A DNA stretch of 63,857 nt, the filler included, from Reticulomyxa filosa (Eukaryota; Protista; Foraminifera): assembly GCA_000512085.1 (NCBI GenBank). It is 21 parts of 21 records of this genome, joined end to end, with 100 filler letters (N's around TTAATTAATTAA, not from the genome) between each part and the next. Parts side by side here need not be neighbours in the genome. Positions count along the whole stretch, not along the records: positions 6,933 to 16,140 come from ASPP01023530.1; positions 16,241 to 18,341 come from ASPP01025956.1; positions 18,442 to 26,297 come from ASPP01019007.1; 18 more parts are not named here. The stretch is one strand, 5' to 3'. Positions within the stretch are counted from its first letter, which is position 1. The number at the start of each line of letters is the position of its first letter. Below, one piece after another: positions 13,116 through 26,397 of this stretch. The notes below the pieces were generated by a model, which ran no database searches, was not told the origin of the DNA, and saw only the letters and a program-made list of their open reading frames with translations. Position numbers and translations under genes: made by a program.

Positions 13116-13759
13116 CATTTGCACTAGTTCATTTTATCGTGATCTTTTTTTGCAATCGAGTATGTGTAAATTGATACTACAATAGAGGAAAGAATTGCCA
13201 ATGTTCACCCGGATTGCCCTTTATGAAGCAGTAACAAAGTTATAGTACAACCTCATGACATAGTGTTGTACGGTTCAAATCAACATTTGTTCTGTATTAA
13301 AACACTAGCAACAATGACTCAATACACGCTGTGTGCCAAACAATAAAGATTCAAACGAATGTCTGTCATAAATTATATTACAAAAAAAAGCTGAAATACA
13401 AACTAAGCAACAACGCAAAATTTAAACAATAACTTTTTTGCTTTTCCAAATTCAAATCAAAAACCAGACAAATATTTTTATTATTTGTAATAAAAGAAAT
13501 ACGAATCAATTGTAGAGCACACTTTGAGAGTGGAGTCTCCAGATCAACTATTTCAATGTTTTTTAAAGAACACATTCACACTGCATCAACTTTTAATGCC
13601 AACACAGGCCCGACAAACTTTGAGATGGCCTAAAAAGTTGTTAGCGTGAAGGCTAGGTAAGAAAATATAAATGTGACAAAATTTCAATCAACTAACTTTA
13701 CAAAAAGTGTACTTCCAAACAAAGACAAAAAAAAGAACGTCCATGGCAGCAATCTATGG

Positions 13760-16106
13760 TCATTGTTTATTATCACCTTTTGATTCAATCAAAGAGGTAT
13801 CGAAATCGATGTCAACACCATGTTTGCTATCACTGGGAGGAATGAAGCGTTCTGGGAATTTATCCAAATTTGTTTGGCTTTCCTTGGGTGTATTTTGCAT
13901 CGGCAAATTATCTTTTTTTTGGCGCTCATCGAACTTGTTTTCATCGTTATCTTCAGCGGAATACATGACTGGAGACTGAGACTGTGATTGTGGCAAGAAA
14001 TAGGGACGATGAAGGGAGGATGTATTCCTGGAAGGACGCTGTTGCAATCGTGTCAAAATGAACTTGGTAGCCCGATCTTGAAGGGATTGATTGTTATATA
14101 AGTGAAGAGAAGGAAAAGTGGTAGTGATCGTTGTGGTGGAGATCCCTTCCATAATGCGTTTACGTATCCTACTCTGCGCAAACTTTTTTAAAATTTTTAA
14201 GTTGGTAACGTCCAATTCTTGAACAGAGGAAGCGGTATCTTCTTTTGCAGACTCCTCAATTTTGAACTTGGTGTGTTCCAAGACAACAACAGGCGCTTTG
14301 ACAAGTGAACGACACTGTTCGATAAACAAAGTGATGTTGTTATCGACGTGGAATTGTTTGACATGGTTCCGGTAAGATTGCAAGAACCGATCAATAGCCA
14401 AGCATTGACTTTCGGTGGAAAAGACATAGCGAAATAAAATAATTTGAATAGCATGAATACGATAGCGCTCATGTCGAATAAAATCCACGACGACTTTGGC
14501 TTGAAGTGCATCCTTGTCGTGTAGTTTTTGTGTTAATTGAACTTGTAGCTTGTCTCGATTTTGTTCTTCCACCGACAATCTTTCGTTATTAGCTTGTAAA
14601 TCTTTGCGCAATTGTTCCGTCGATTTTTTGAATAATTTGAATTTAGTTTTGCGTTTTTCAGGTTCATTGCCATCATTGCTCTGTGTGTTTTTTTTTTTCT
14701 TCTTTTCGTTTCTTTGATGTAATTTATTTTCCAAAGCTGTCACAATGCCTTTCAATTTGTTCACTTCATAATTGGACTTGTTCAATGACGTTTCCAAATG
14801 GTTAAATTCCGTGCTGCATTCGCTTACTACATTTTGGCTGGTGAAGTGGAATTCTTTGAGCGTTTGTCGGACGTCGTTCAACAAAGGTTCAATGTCTCCG
14901 TGGATGCGTCCGCACCAGTCACTGGTGACCGTCGACAACGAAGATGTGGCCATGTCAACCAAGCCTTGCAAAACATCGTTCAGTCGAAATCCGAATGGAT
15001 TAGTCAGCAAATTTCCTTCCCATTCGTGTTTTTTTTTAAGATATAGCTTGGATACTTCCTCCTCTACGGCATGTCTGACAGTGAAAAAGTCGATCAACTG
15101 TTTGATGGCGTTGATACCTCGTTCGTTGTAACTCCACGTCATTTGCACACTCTTTTCGTTCCATTTAAGTCCCTCTTGTTGCACATAGGCAGCAAGGTCC
15201 ATTTTGCCTTTGGTGATAAGTGTTTTTTTAAAGCAAGTCAAAATGAACTTGTCCATTTCGTCATCGCATTGGATTTCATTGGCACTGGCAAACAGCTGTT
15301 CATTGGATTTGTGAATTTTGACAATGGCCATACATAGCATTTCAATGATCTGCGCAATGACTTTAATCACTTGGCATTGTCGTTCCATCTCTTTGGTTCG
15401 AAATGTGTCCAACATCACTCCATTGCACAAGTCTTCTTTCTTACTCACCGCTTTCAACAGCTGCTTGCTCGTCTCCCATTTCTCTTCACTTCGTCGGTAG
15501 TGGTATTCCGTTTCTTGCACTTGTGCCAAGAGCGGACGCAGCACATCTTCGGCCGAGGTCTGTTGCACGGACTGCTTCCAAGCGCTTTGGGCATTGCGAT
15601 AAAGTTTTAAGCATTGTGTTCTTTCGTCATTACATTGCTCTACATTTTTCGTTGCAAATTGAACTTCATTGGCCAATTCATTTTTTTTACGTTGCAACAA
15701 ACGAGTAATGTTGCGCAGCTCTCCTTTCATTATCTTCAATGCAGTCGATATATCTTTGACCTCTGTCGCACACGTGCGATACGCGTTACATTGTGTCTCT
15801 GTCAAGCTCCGCAATTGCGTCCAACATAACTGCTCGCAATTCGTCGATTGGATAAATGGCTTTGTTTGTGTCAAGCATGTCTGTAGCTTCTTGCTGTAGC
15901 TATCCCAAAGCGCTGACAAGTCTTCCAACATCTTGTTCATATGTTTTATTTGCTCTCTGCCATCCTCGCTCTGTTTCAACACCGTCTCAAACGCATCCGC
16001 TCCCCACATATTGTCCGAGTAGTGATTCACAGTCACTCTTCCTTCGTTTTTTCCTTTGCACTCTGATTCCGAAAGTAATAGCGACATTGCGCGCGGTTTG
16101 ATTACC

Positions 16107-16140
<34 letters not shown>
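13760..16140 (-). CDS. Protein with two tandem F-BAR (FCH)-like domains; probably 5' truncated
   Basis: 775-aa uninterrupted helical ORF. FCH-like starts YSDNMWGADAFETVLKQSEDGREQIKHMNKML...YSKKL and WNEKSVQMTWSYNERGINAIKQLIDFFTVRHAVEEEVSK. Frame stays open through a poly-Asp (CAT)n run at the contig edge. Confidence 0.7.
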
Positions 16141-16240
16141 NNNNNNNNNNNNNNNNNNNNNNNNNNNNNNNNNNNNNNNNNNNNTTAATTAATTAANNNN
16201 NNNNNNNNNNNNNNNNNNNNNNNNNNNNNNNNNNNNNNNN

Positions 16241-18341
16241 ATCTCGTAAGGACACCATTGCAACATCTTGCAATTTGGTACGCAGAAATGTTTGTGATTT
16301 GCAAATTTGTTTGACAATACCGGACACCTCATTGTCAAACATAATTTGAAGGGATTTCTTCAGTTCTTTTTTTCGATTTTTGATCATTTCAAAAATGTAT
16401 TGACGTTCATCTAATTCAGACAATGATCCAAACTGCCAAAGATGTACTTTCACAGTTTCACATAAAGGAAGTACTCGATATGCGTACTGGGCTAATTGAT
16501 CTCTGCTAAACCATTCTTTCTCTTGTTCACTGAGTTTACGCTTGCGATAGGGATTACATGCAGCAAGGATTTTAATTTCATCTGGTATTTTGACTCCATC
16601 AAGAGAACGATTACAAATTAATTCATTGAACCAGCCAATATCAGGTGAAGTATTGAATTCATCCAAGAAAAGCCAAATTTCTTTCGGATTACGTTGAAAT
16701 TCATTTTCTTTCGATTCAACCGTGCTTTCCATTGGTCTTAATCTCTCTTTGCACTTCTCTACAATTTCATGGATATGAGTTCTCTCAATACCTCCATGGA
16801 TATCAACAGCTTCCAATTCAGTGTCAGTTGCACAAGCAAGATATCTTATTAATGCTGTCTTTCCACATCCTGTTTCTCCCATCAACACAGTTGGAAGATT
16901 GGATCGAATATTGAATAGGATAGCTGCCATTTTCAAAATATTGTCATAAGTCAACACATAATGTTCAAATTCCCCTTCACACAATTTCTTTGTTATTGCG
17001 TCCTTCTTTGCTTCTGGTACTCCTACTGCTCGACATAATACTTTAATTCGTTTCTTTTTTTCTTCGATAATCGCCTCGTTGGATGGAAGCTTGGTCTTTG
17101 ACGACTATTACATTTGTAATTTACATGTATTTGTTTTTATTTGTTTATTCGAAAACAAATATATTCACCATTATCCATGCCGATAATTGTTGTAATTTGC
17201 TCATGTCTTCTTTCCAACAAAGTAGGACAAACTTTGCATTTTTCAAAAACTCACGCTCTTCATCATTCACGTCATTTTCATTGGAAATCATTAATGAGAT
17301 GGATCCTTTTTCACATCACATATTCTTCAATTTTTTAAAAAGAAATATTAGCATATCAGAGATTATTTAGTTACCATCTTGGTTAATCAGAAAGAATTTG
17401 GAATATTGCCATTTTTTGCACAAGCAAAATTGGAGATCTTTTTCCTTGGCACTTGCATCTGTAAAAAATAATTCTTTGGCAATTTCGATTGCATTTTTGG
17501 TTGCTTCGTGCTTGTATTGAATGGGATGATTGTAAACGCGTCTATTTACAAGCGATTTGGAATCGACCAATATTTTAAATTGTGTGAATAAGAACTTGAA
17601 GAATATGGTATATTGTAAAGGATTTTGCCCTATCGATGGTGTCAATTGGTTGAAAAAGGATTTCATAAAATCATTACAATTTGTAGCGGGTAAGTCATTT
17701 ATTGTATCTGGATTAGTGTTGGGTGTCTCAGACGAGGAATAAGTCCGCCTTAACAAACCCGGCTTTATAAGCCTGTTGAAGGAAAAGAAAAAAAATGTAA
17801 TAAATATTCAGTACAAAAAAGATTTCAATAAATTCTCTACACCTTAGGTTGCCTGCCTGAAATTCTTTGATCCATTTAATGCAATATTGTTCCTCTTTTC
17901 CAAGTTGAAATGGGTTGTTGGTCTCGTTTACATCAACTGTTAGAAATTTTGGTCTAGGAAATAAAGTGTACAAAATGTCTGAAGCTTTTGAAAATAAATC
18001 AAATTTGGATGGAATTTCAATGAAGAATGCCATATTTGGATTCACATGGAAACTGCAACCATCGGTGTCAATGTGTTGTAAATACAATAATTGGAATAAG
18101 AAATCATTCATCTCTTTGCCCACACAAGATGATATATCCAAATGATATACCACCAAATCATCTTTCGTTCTCTTTTTCTTTGTTACTATTTCTTGATTAT
18201 CCATTTTCAAATCGTTATTGAATTGACATGGATGATGTTGCCAAAATGCGTTGACAGTGGAATCCCAATCAATTGTACTACTGTTGAATCTCACATAAAT
18301 CCTTTCTAATTTTTGTTCTTTCTCAATATCATGTTTAATTT
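16241..18341 (-). CDS. RNF213 (mysterin)-like AAA+ ATPase, internal multi-exon fragment
   Basis: YVLTYDNILKMAAIL...PTVLMGETGCGKTALIRYL (Walker A), DIHGG, WLFLDEFNT (Walker B), ILAACNPYR, AYRVLPL, VSLRD, and upstream YHLDISS...FLFQLLYL...FFIEIP; all typical of RNF213-type AAA modules. Confidence 0.85.
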
Positions 18342-19313
18342 NNNNNNNNNNNNNNNNNNNNNNNNNNNNNNNNNNNNNNNNNNNNTTAATTAATTAANNN
18401 NNNNNNNNNNNNNNNNNNNNNNNNNNNNNNNNNNNNNNNNNAAAGTTAGTTTGAGTTTTTAATGAATAAACACGATAAAAAAGACCAAAATCGCATTAAT
18501 GTTTGCTCAACTATTATCCAAAATGTTTTCCTCAATAATATTTTGCATTTTGGAACTGATAAGACTAGACATTCATTTTATCACAAACAAGTTTAGAATG
18601 AACATGATAAAAAGAACAAAAAATACAGTTCTTGTGAAATCATCCTTTCATGTTATTGTTTCTACTTCTGCATCCTAATATATTCAAAAAACATTACATA
18701 TTTCAAATGATAGTTATAAAATAACTCAAATTGCAAATTAATAAATTTGTTCTAAATCAATAACTTTCCAAATAAATGATCAAAAGCAATCTAGGAAATT
18801 AAGGTAGTTTTTTTCACTATACTTTTGGTTGAAAGTGTTAAAAAAACTCCATTTTTTTTGGAGTCTATCCATAAAAGGCTTTATCCGAGGAAATGGCAGC
18901 ATTTAACATGACAACAAAGTTATTTAGGTTGATGGATTTTTGAATTAAACAATTAGTTTGCATTAATACAATTCGAGTGCATCGCAAAAGACTAGAGCAA
19001 TAAGATTGGTCCAACGTGCAAAAGTTTGTTTGATTGTCGTAGAAAGTAAAAAATAGGTATTTATTGGATATGCTGTTGATCATTGCGGCGTTTCAGGACA
19101 AGTAATTGTGGGAAACAAAAAAGGATCTTCTAAATTTAAACTATTATTGTTCTTTTTTAAATTTATACTTTATCTAATTTATTTCAATGTTTTTAGATTA
19201 CACAAATATATTTTTATTCAAATTTATATTGCTTGATATTGTCTAAATCATCTTCAGTTTCTTTTGATGTTTTAAATAATACCTTTGCCTCCATAACAAT
19301 AAATTTTTGTTTA

Positions 19314-20742
19314 CTAATATATAATTATGTACTTCTTTACGTTTGCATTGTATTTACACATCAAATGGGCCAATGAAGAGGATATCTCATAGCTGAACAA
19401 ATCCACAAAGATCAGCATTTTGGCCACCACCACGTTGGGACATTGGAATGCGCTGAAATGTAATTGCAGCATTTCAATTTGCGCTTCGTCTTTGAAAAGG
19501 ATCAAATCACGCAAGCTATGATCACTTTATACATCTTCTGGCAATATGTGTCGGATATACATTTACCTTAACTGTTGCAACGAATGAAGTCCCAATTTTT
19601 TGGCAATTATAAAACAATATTTCAGGAACAGCGTATCAAAGTGTGAACATTTAATGATAATGTTCTTTTGGAACGCAATTTGTTCTTGAAGAAATTTTCA
19701 AAATTGTTGTTAAATCTTCTTGTCACGTAGTGATTATAGCAATTGGCGTGCACTCAATCAAACATCACTTTCGGGTTGATTTTGATTATTAATGCAAGTA
19801 CGATTTTCATCTGTTCCTATTTGAATAGAGTCGTTTCGTTATTGATTTCCAGTTGTTCGTACAATGACAAAATTAGTTCTTGCGCTTCGGGCTTTGGAAT
19901 AGCTTTTGTGTCGATGTCTCTTGAGCGATTTCCTCGTTCGAATACTATCGTTTTAAACAATGCTTTCCATTGATCTTTTAAGCTTTCTTTTGAGTGTTTG
20001 TCATCCTCTTCGTCTTCCGTTTCATTTGCATTATTCTGTTCGGTTATGTCTTTCTCTTTGGTTGTAACTGCTATTTTCGGACCCTTTTAAAAACAACACT
20101 TTCAAAAATGTATCTCTGTCAATGCATATCCGGCAAATCCATTATGGATCTGTCTTGCTTTTTTTCAATGACTTGTCGTTCTCATGCTCGATTAATACAT
20201 CCCAGTTGTTGGTGTTAATTTCTTCGGTGACTGTAGAAGTCGACATCGCATGAGTACTGCCCTCTTGACATCCTTCCAGTCTCCAATTGTGCAATGCATC
20301 GCGGTCACTGTATAAATAATACCGCAATTTGTAATAAGAAGGACAGATCAGTCTTTTATCAAAGTCGATAGCCACATAACTATCGGATTTCGATTTGGTG
20401 ACGCCGCGAATGGCAGGTCTGCTATTGGAAGATAAGGTCTTCATTCGAACATGTACTAATCAATCATCCATTGTGTTCTTCCAAGTGTCTGCTTTTCCAT
20501 TGATTTGTGTTATCTTTGCATCACTTAACACGCCCAAAAACAAAATATTCATTTGCTCATGCGATTTTTCCGATGGACGATAAAACATCAAGTTTTGATT
20601 GTCGAATATCTGTTAGAACTGCAAAGAGGGAATCAAACGCAAATGCATATTTATATATGTGTATGTAAGTTATATGTATACGTATTTCTTTTAAATAATT
20701 GAAAGTATCTTTGACAAACAAAAACTTGATTCTTTCAGCCAA
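19314..20742 (-). pseudogene. Decayed gene containing a HECTD1/F5-8C-type galactose-binding-like domain
   Basis: SYVAIDFDKRLICPSYYKLRYYLYSDRDALHNWRLEG...WDVLIEHENDKSL resembles the HECTD1 segment WFAIDLG..PSAYTLRH..ALRNW..W..L..H..D.SL; flanking frames have several stops. Confidence 0.55.
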
Positions 20743-22149
20743 TTTGATCTCGGTTTAAAGTATATTCTCCCTTTTTTTTTATATTGCAACTGTGCAAATT
20801 TAAAAAAAAAGGAAGCTCGAGTAGAAATAAATGGAAGTGATGTAACTGTCACGCATGTGATTGTTTGTGTTTTTCTCTTCCAATAGTATCATCGCTCATT
20901 TCTTACTTTCGTTCGCACTTTGTTCTTTCTTTTGTCGCTAATTGCACCGCTCTCAAACATTGTCATGCAATTTTCCACTTGTCTCAAATATTCGATTATA
21001 TCTTTTTTTCCATACCACCTTCATTTTTTTGTTTTTATAAAAAAAAAGCAATTTATTGTTATTCATTTTTTTATAATAATAACAATAATAATAAAAGACA
21101 ACCTTTTAAATTGTGGAGAGACCATATCCACGAAATGCAGTAGAGCAAACGGTGAAATATGTTTATAAAAGGGCAAGTACTCAAAGATCAGCTGGATCCA
21201 CGCGCTTGCAATTAAGATTTCCATTGTCTCACTAATGGCCTTGCACAAGCTCAATGCGCTCGATTTGGCCGCTTTCACCACCGATTCGGTTGGGCTTAAA
21301 TGATACAATTCATTCGCCCGTGGCAGAAATATCATCTTTTTTTTTTACATTTTATGTTTTATTTGGTTTTATACATTTACAATGTTCGTTACAATATCTT
21401 TTGTCTATTCCTTCCTATCCTCCTCATTCCCTTCTTCATTTAACTAGCACTTGCTGCCAATTCAAATCGTCCACATATTTTATCTGTTGTCTTTGATTCC
21501 GCTTTTTGGTTTGCAACAGTTTGTTGGATTGAACTATGTGCACCCTCCTTTCTTCTATAAAAACAGTATATACATACATATGTGTATCAAATCTTAGGTA
21601 TTGATAGTCAGACTTGGTCACCAACTTGGAGGCAATACGTCCCCACAGATAAAGTTCCGTTGGGACTACATCCTTTGTGGGTCCTCTCCTAACAGCACCT
21701 CTATATTCGATCGACAACAGATAAACAACTGGAACGGCATGTGCTGGCTTTGGCTTTTCTTCTCACGGCTTTCGCTTTCGTCATGTTTGTGCCTTCACAT
21801 CGACGTTCTTTTTTACACGCATTAGCTTTGAGCTTTTGCGGCTTCTATAAGACTTGTGATGGTTGGAAGTGGTTGATTTGCCACTATCATGTGGAGTTTT
21901 CGACCGCGGAGATTGCTTCTCAGTCATTATCTTCAAATTTAAAAGGGTTAGTCTCAAATTTTTTTTTAACTAAGCCAAAAGCTCAACGTACCAAATTTCA
22001 AACAAAACCAAAATATTTTTATCACTTTTTTTTTGTTAAGCACATGTTCTCAAGCTATTATTTTTTCTTTTTTTTTTTTAACAACTTCAACTTATATACT
22101 CACTTGCCCAAACACATAATCATCAATAAAAACAAAAAAATAGAAAAAA

Positions 22150-23690
22150 AAGAAGAGTTAAAAGCGCAAAATGGTGTGGAAGAAAATCAATTGGAAGCAG
22201 TAACAAAACTACTTCGCGAACAGCTGGAAATAAAAGATCGTGAATGGTACCCAACAACATACAAAACATGTTTTGTGTAGTGAAGCAGTGAGCTCATGTG
22301 TAGCAAAGACACGCAAGCAAGTAGTGAAACTTGTGGATTTGATGCTGCGGCGAACGTCTTTGGCCACGTGACAAAAGACCACAGCTCCAAAGATGATAAC
22401 TTGTACTATCGTTTTGTAATGAACGAAGTCAGCCAAGGCAAAAAAGAGAAAAACGATGAAACCTCACAAGATTGGAGCTGGGGAGACTTGGTTCCCGAGC
22501 TGTTTCGAATCTAGCAACGAATCAACTTGCAGGCCAAAGTCAAAGACTTGTCGTTGGCATTTGGAAATGCTAAACTTACTGAAAACGACACGTTTGGTAT
22601 TTGGTCTATCGACAAGACAATCAAGAGTTGTTAAATAATGTACATCCAGTCAAATGGATTTCCATTAAGCCAAAGGACAAATCGATATTGTCGCCATTGG
22701 TATTTTAATATTTTTTTTTAATTGAAAAAAAAACCTTTTTGTATACGTATTTTTTTTTTAAATTGATTGGTTTATTTAGTGCAGCTGGCGCAGCAGGTTT
22801 AGGAGCCAAAGCGGCGATCATCAAAGAGCATCTGTTCGCTGGGAACTGCCTGAACAGTGGCTGTGTCAAAAGAAAAGTTACTATCGACTTCCCGAAGGTG
22901 ATGGAAAGAATGCGAAAAATAAGATTCATTTTTCTTTTTAATAAAGAAAAAAGAAAATTATAAATAATAATTTATACTTACTCTAAGTATTTTACAAATA
23001 TATATGTATATTATATAAACATACCACACAAGAAGTGAATACTTTTGAATGAAAGGGACAGGTGTTACAATACAATGTGAATAGATCAGATATATTTCAT
23101 CAAGATGCTTGTGGACGATTCACGAGATTGTATATAATGGACGTGTTTTTGGGGAGTGTAAAATTTATATCGAAAAATAAGATAAAGGTGGCGATAATGT
23201 ATTGGAGTTTGCACGTGCATTGGTTGCGACCCGAGGAATAGAGGATTACGAGACTGCCTAAGTGGTAAGGGAATCGATGGAATCTTGTGTGTACATTTTA
23301 TGCTTGTGGTATCGTATACGTCGATCCGACCAAAGGAAAGGCGGGTGGCATTAAAATTATCGTTGAATTTGCGAAAGAAAAAAAAGTAGAAGAATTCATC
23401 GTCGACAAAGTGCTGATCGCGTCATGGAGAAAAATATGGGATTGGAAAAGGCATGTGTTAAATTTGATGTTTATAGAGGAGTTGAAGTAAATGACTATTT
23501 GCAAACTTCCAATAGCAATTTATACACCGTTGGCGATTGCTGCACGAGATATCAGCACTAATATTGCCGATGCAATGGCCAGAATGGTCATTCGTAATGT
23601 TCTGTTTTTTGGTCGTGCCAAATGCAGTGATTTTGTTATCCCGTGGCGCACGTGCACATTTCAGGAAGTGGCACATGTGGGTTGTACGAA
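22150..23690 (+). pseudogene. DEP domain fused to a pyridine nucleotide-disulfide oxidoreductase (mercuric reductase/LPD-like); disrupted
   Basis: DEP: LREQLEIKDREWYPTTYKTCFV*...FGHVTKDHSSKDDNLYYRF. Reductase: LLNNVHPVKW, SAAGAAGLGAKAAIIKEHLFAGNCLNSGCV (redox CxxxxC), IDFPKVMERMRKIR, IADAMARMVIRNVLFFGRAK..FVIPW....EVAHVG. Stops, frameshifts and deletions. Confidence 0.75.
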
Positions 23691-23734
23691 GTATATATAC
23701 AAATCAGTCTCATCGACTATGACATAAGCAAAAA

Positions 23735-24426
23735 ATGGCAATAAAAGTGATTAGTAAAGAAATTAAAAAATGCAATTTTATAAGTACAGTTTGCACAGAA
23801 GTGAAGGCATTAAAGATGCTACATCATTACAGACACTTGATCCGTTTGCTAGAAGTGTTGGAAAGCAAATGTTATATATTGTGTTGGAATTTGTCAAAGG
23901 TGGAGAATTGTTCAACAAAATAAGTTGATTTAAAATAATTACAAACACAACTACGTGTGTTCAATTCCATTTAATCAAAATGTGTTTGTTTTTTTACTGT
24001 ATGTAAAAAGTGGTTTTTTTTGACTGATCGAAAAAAACAACAAAACAGAATAAAATGGTAAGCTAAATGTAGACTTAGCAAGAATGTATTTCCAGCAACT
24101 GATAAACGGTGTTTAATTTATGCATAAGCAAAAATATATCACAGATATTTGAATATAGATTATTTGTTAAAAAGTTCAATACATATATCAACTATATGTT
24201 ATATACAATGTGTATATGTTTATATGCAACATTGGTGCATGTAGAGTTAAAAGCATGTTATAAACTTTGTATACTCTTTTGCCTGGGTGTTTTGTTCTAT
24301 TTGTTTTTGTTTTTTTTAATGTCCACTTTTTTAAAAAAAAACTTAGGCTTGCTATTTGACGAGCGAACACTACATTGTTATTTCAGAAAATTTGCAACTA
24401 AGATTTTTGGGACTTTGTGCGAATGA
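23735..24426 (+). pseudogene. CAMK-group (SNF1/CIPK-like) Ser/Thr kinase pseudogene
   Basis: AIKVISK...EVKALKML.H..LIRLLEVLES, then frameshifted IVLEFVKGGELFNKI and ARMYFQQLINGV*FMH; HRD and DFG degenerate. Confidence 0.75.
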
Positions 24427-26397
24427 CCTTGGATTCTTCATATGCAAATAGGTTTCATTTGTTTTCGACTCTTTTTCTTGTTTCGAGTCAGAGGAATATC
24501 TTTGCATTGTGGTGACCAGTGCATCATCTGCACGTTTGAACATCGAATCTCGTGGTAACGACATATCTGCCAAATCGTCTTTGTGGAAAAGAGGCCAAAC
24601 AATAGCAATAGCGATCTTGTTTTCTTCTTTTTTCATGATGCTCTTTCGTTGCTTTTGAATCATTATCAGTAATTATCTCTTGTGACTGCGATATGCAAAT
24701 TTCCAATATCTTGTTTTTACAGCTGCAATGATATCGGACAAAAATTTCAATTTATTTTTGAACAATCGATACATAACATCAAATGCACGAAATAATGTTT
24801 CAATGACCTGTTCGTTCAATCCGTTTCTTCATTTTCCTACACAAAAATCAATGACTCCAAATGTGTCTTCACATTTCACATGTGAACCCACTGCCTCTTG
24901 TTTTGTTAATTGCTACCACTTATGCGTCCGTCATTTCCTCCGTCTTTTTTGATCAGAATTAGTGGGGCCAGTCTTTGTTTTTTTCTTTTTCTTTTTGCTT
25001 TTTTCGGACATCTGCTTGCTCGACTTCTTGTTGAATGGCATAATGTATTTGTTAGATGGTCATGTGTTTATACTTGGCAAAGTCTTTGTCTTGATTCCAC
25101 TGTGCGTTTTCAAAGACGATTCCAAAGGCTTCCAAATGCATTGCTGTCAGTATGTTGTTTGTGTTTGCGTAGTTTGTCATTTTTGAATCCACTGCGGACT
25201 GTAAAGCTTACCGTTGCATTACGCCCCACTCCGCGAATGCAACCGTGTGAAAAACACAATACGCAGTTTATTTCATTAGCTTTGATCTTTTCCTTTGTCA
25301 AATCGTTTATACAATTTCGACAACGATACCTTTATCTTGTTTTTATTCTTTGTCTTCTTGTCTTTTCCTTCCGTCAATTCGCTTACGTATTTCGTCAGAT
25401 TATTTACTACCGTTGTCACACTTACCACATTCCATCGGGGATGCGCTTCAGTATCAATACATTTGCAATCGCTGTCAAAACATTTTCAGTGGTAACTTAG
25501 TGTCTTTCACCAATAGTGTATTTGTTAAATGTGTGTCATATAAGTCTAATTTAATACATCTTTGTTTTTCATTATTATTTTCATTATTATTATTATCATG
25601 TTCTTGTGCTTGTTTCTGTTCTTTTTACCGTTTCTGCTCTTGCTCGAGAAGGAAATCTTTATCATTTTCTTCCTCCAGACGATTTTCATTCTCCGTTTCA
25701 GTTGCAAAGATATCTTTGGATGAGTTGTGTCGATTTGCTCTTTTTGGATACTGACTTTGCAGCATTTGTCGGTGACAAAAATTTGTTATGATAGTGGATA
25801 CCCACAATCCGACAAAACAAAAACTTGGTTTGTTCGTGAGTGTCTGTCCGATACTCACCATATTCTTTGACCAACTTCTTTATTTGTGTTATTTCATTCT
25901 CCAGCCTCGTTCATTTCTTCTCCCTTCCCCCTTTCTTTTTTTTCAAAACAAAAAGTCTTTTTTTTTTAACTGAACTTGATCACTCCCACAGCTCAAAAAG
26001 GACTTTGTGGCGTTGCATGTTGCTCCGTTCGCGTATTTGATCGTCTATTTTCCGGTTGTTGCAGTTGTCGTTGTTGTTCTTTTGTCCTTTCATTACGTTA
26101 CCGCTGGTTCCGTACGGATAGCTGTCAGCACACGGTGTGCTTCTGTTTACCATGACGACATTGTCACTGATGACAACGACAATTTGTAGCTACCGCTCAT
26201 ATAAGTGCAACTTTGGACTAATACTCCTTTAACTAGTATACAAAAGCCAATAAAATATTGAATTGCAAGCAACATCTTTAAGATGGTGAGTTTTTGANNN
26301 NNNNNNNNNNNNNNNNNNNNNNNNNNNNNNNNNNNNNNNNNTTAATTAATTAANNNNNNNNNNNNNNNNNNNNNNNNNNNNNNNNNNNNNNNNNNNN

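Noticed and set aside
14197-16101. Many overlapping short ORFs within the F-BAR gene (similarly 57811-58381 and 52477-53818)
   Set aside because: Alternative-frame or antisense shadows of real, more GC-rich coding exons; no independent motifs.
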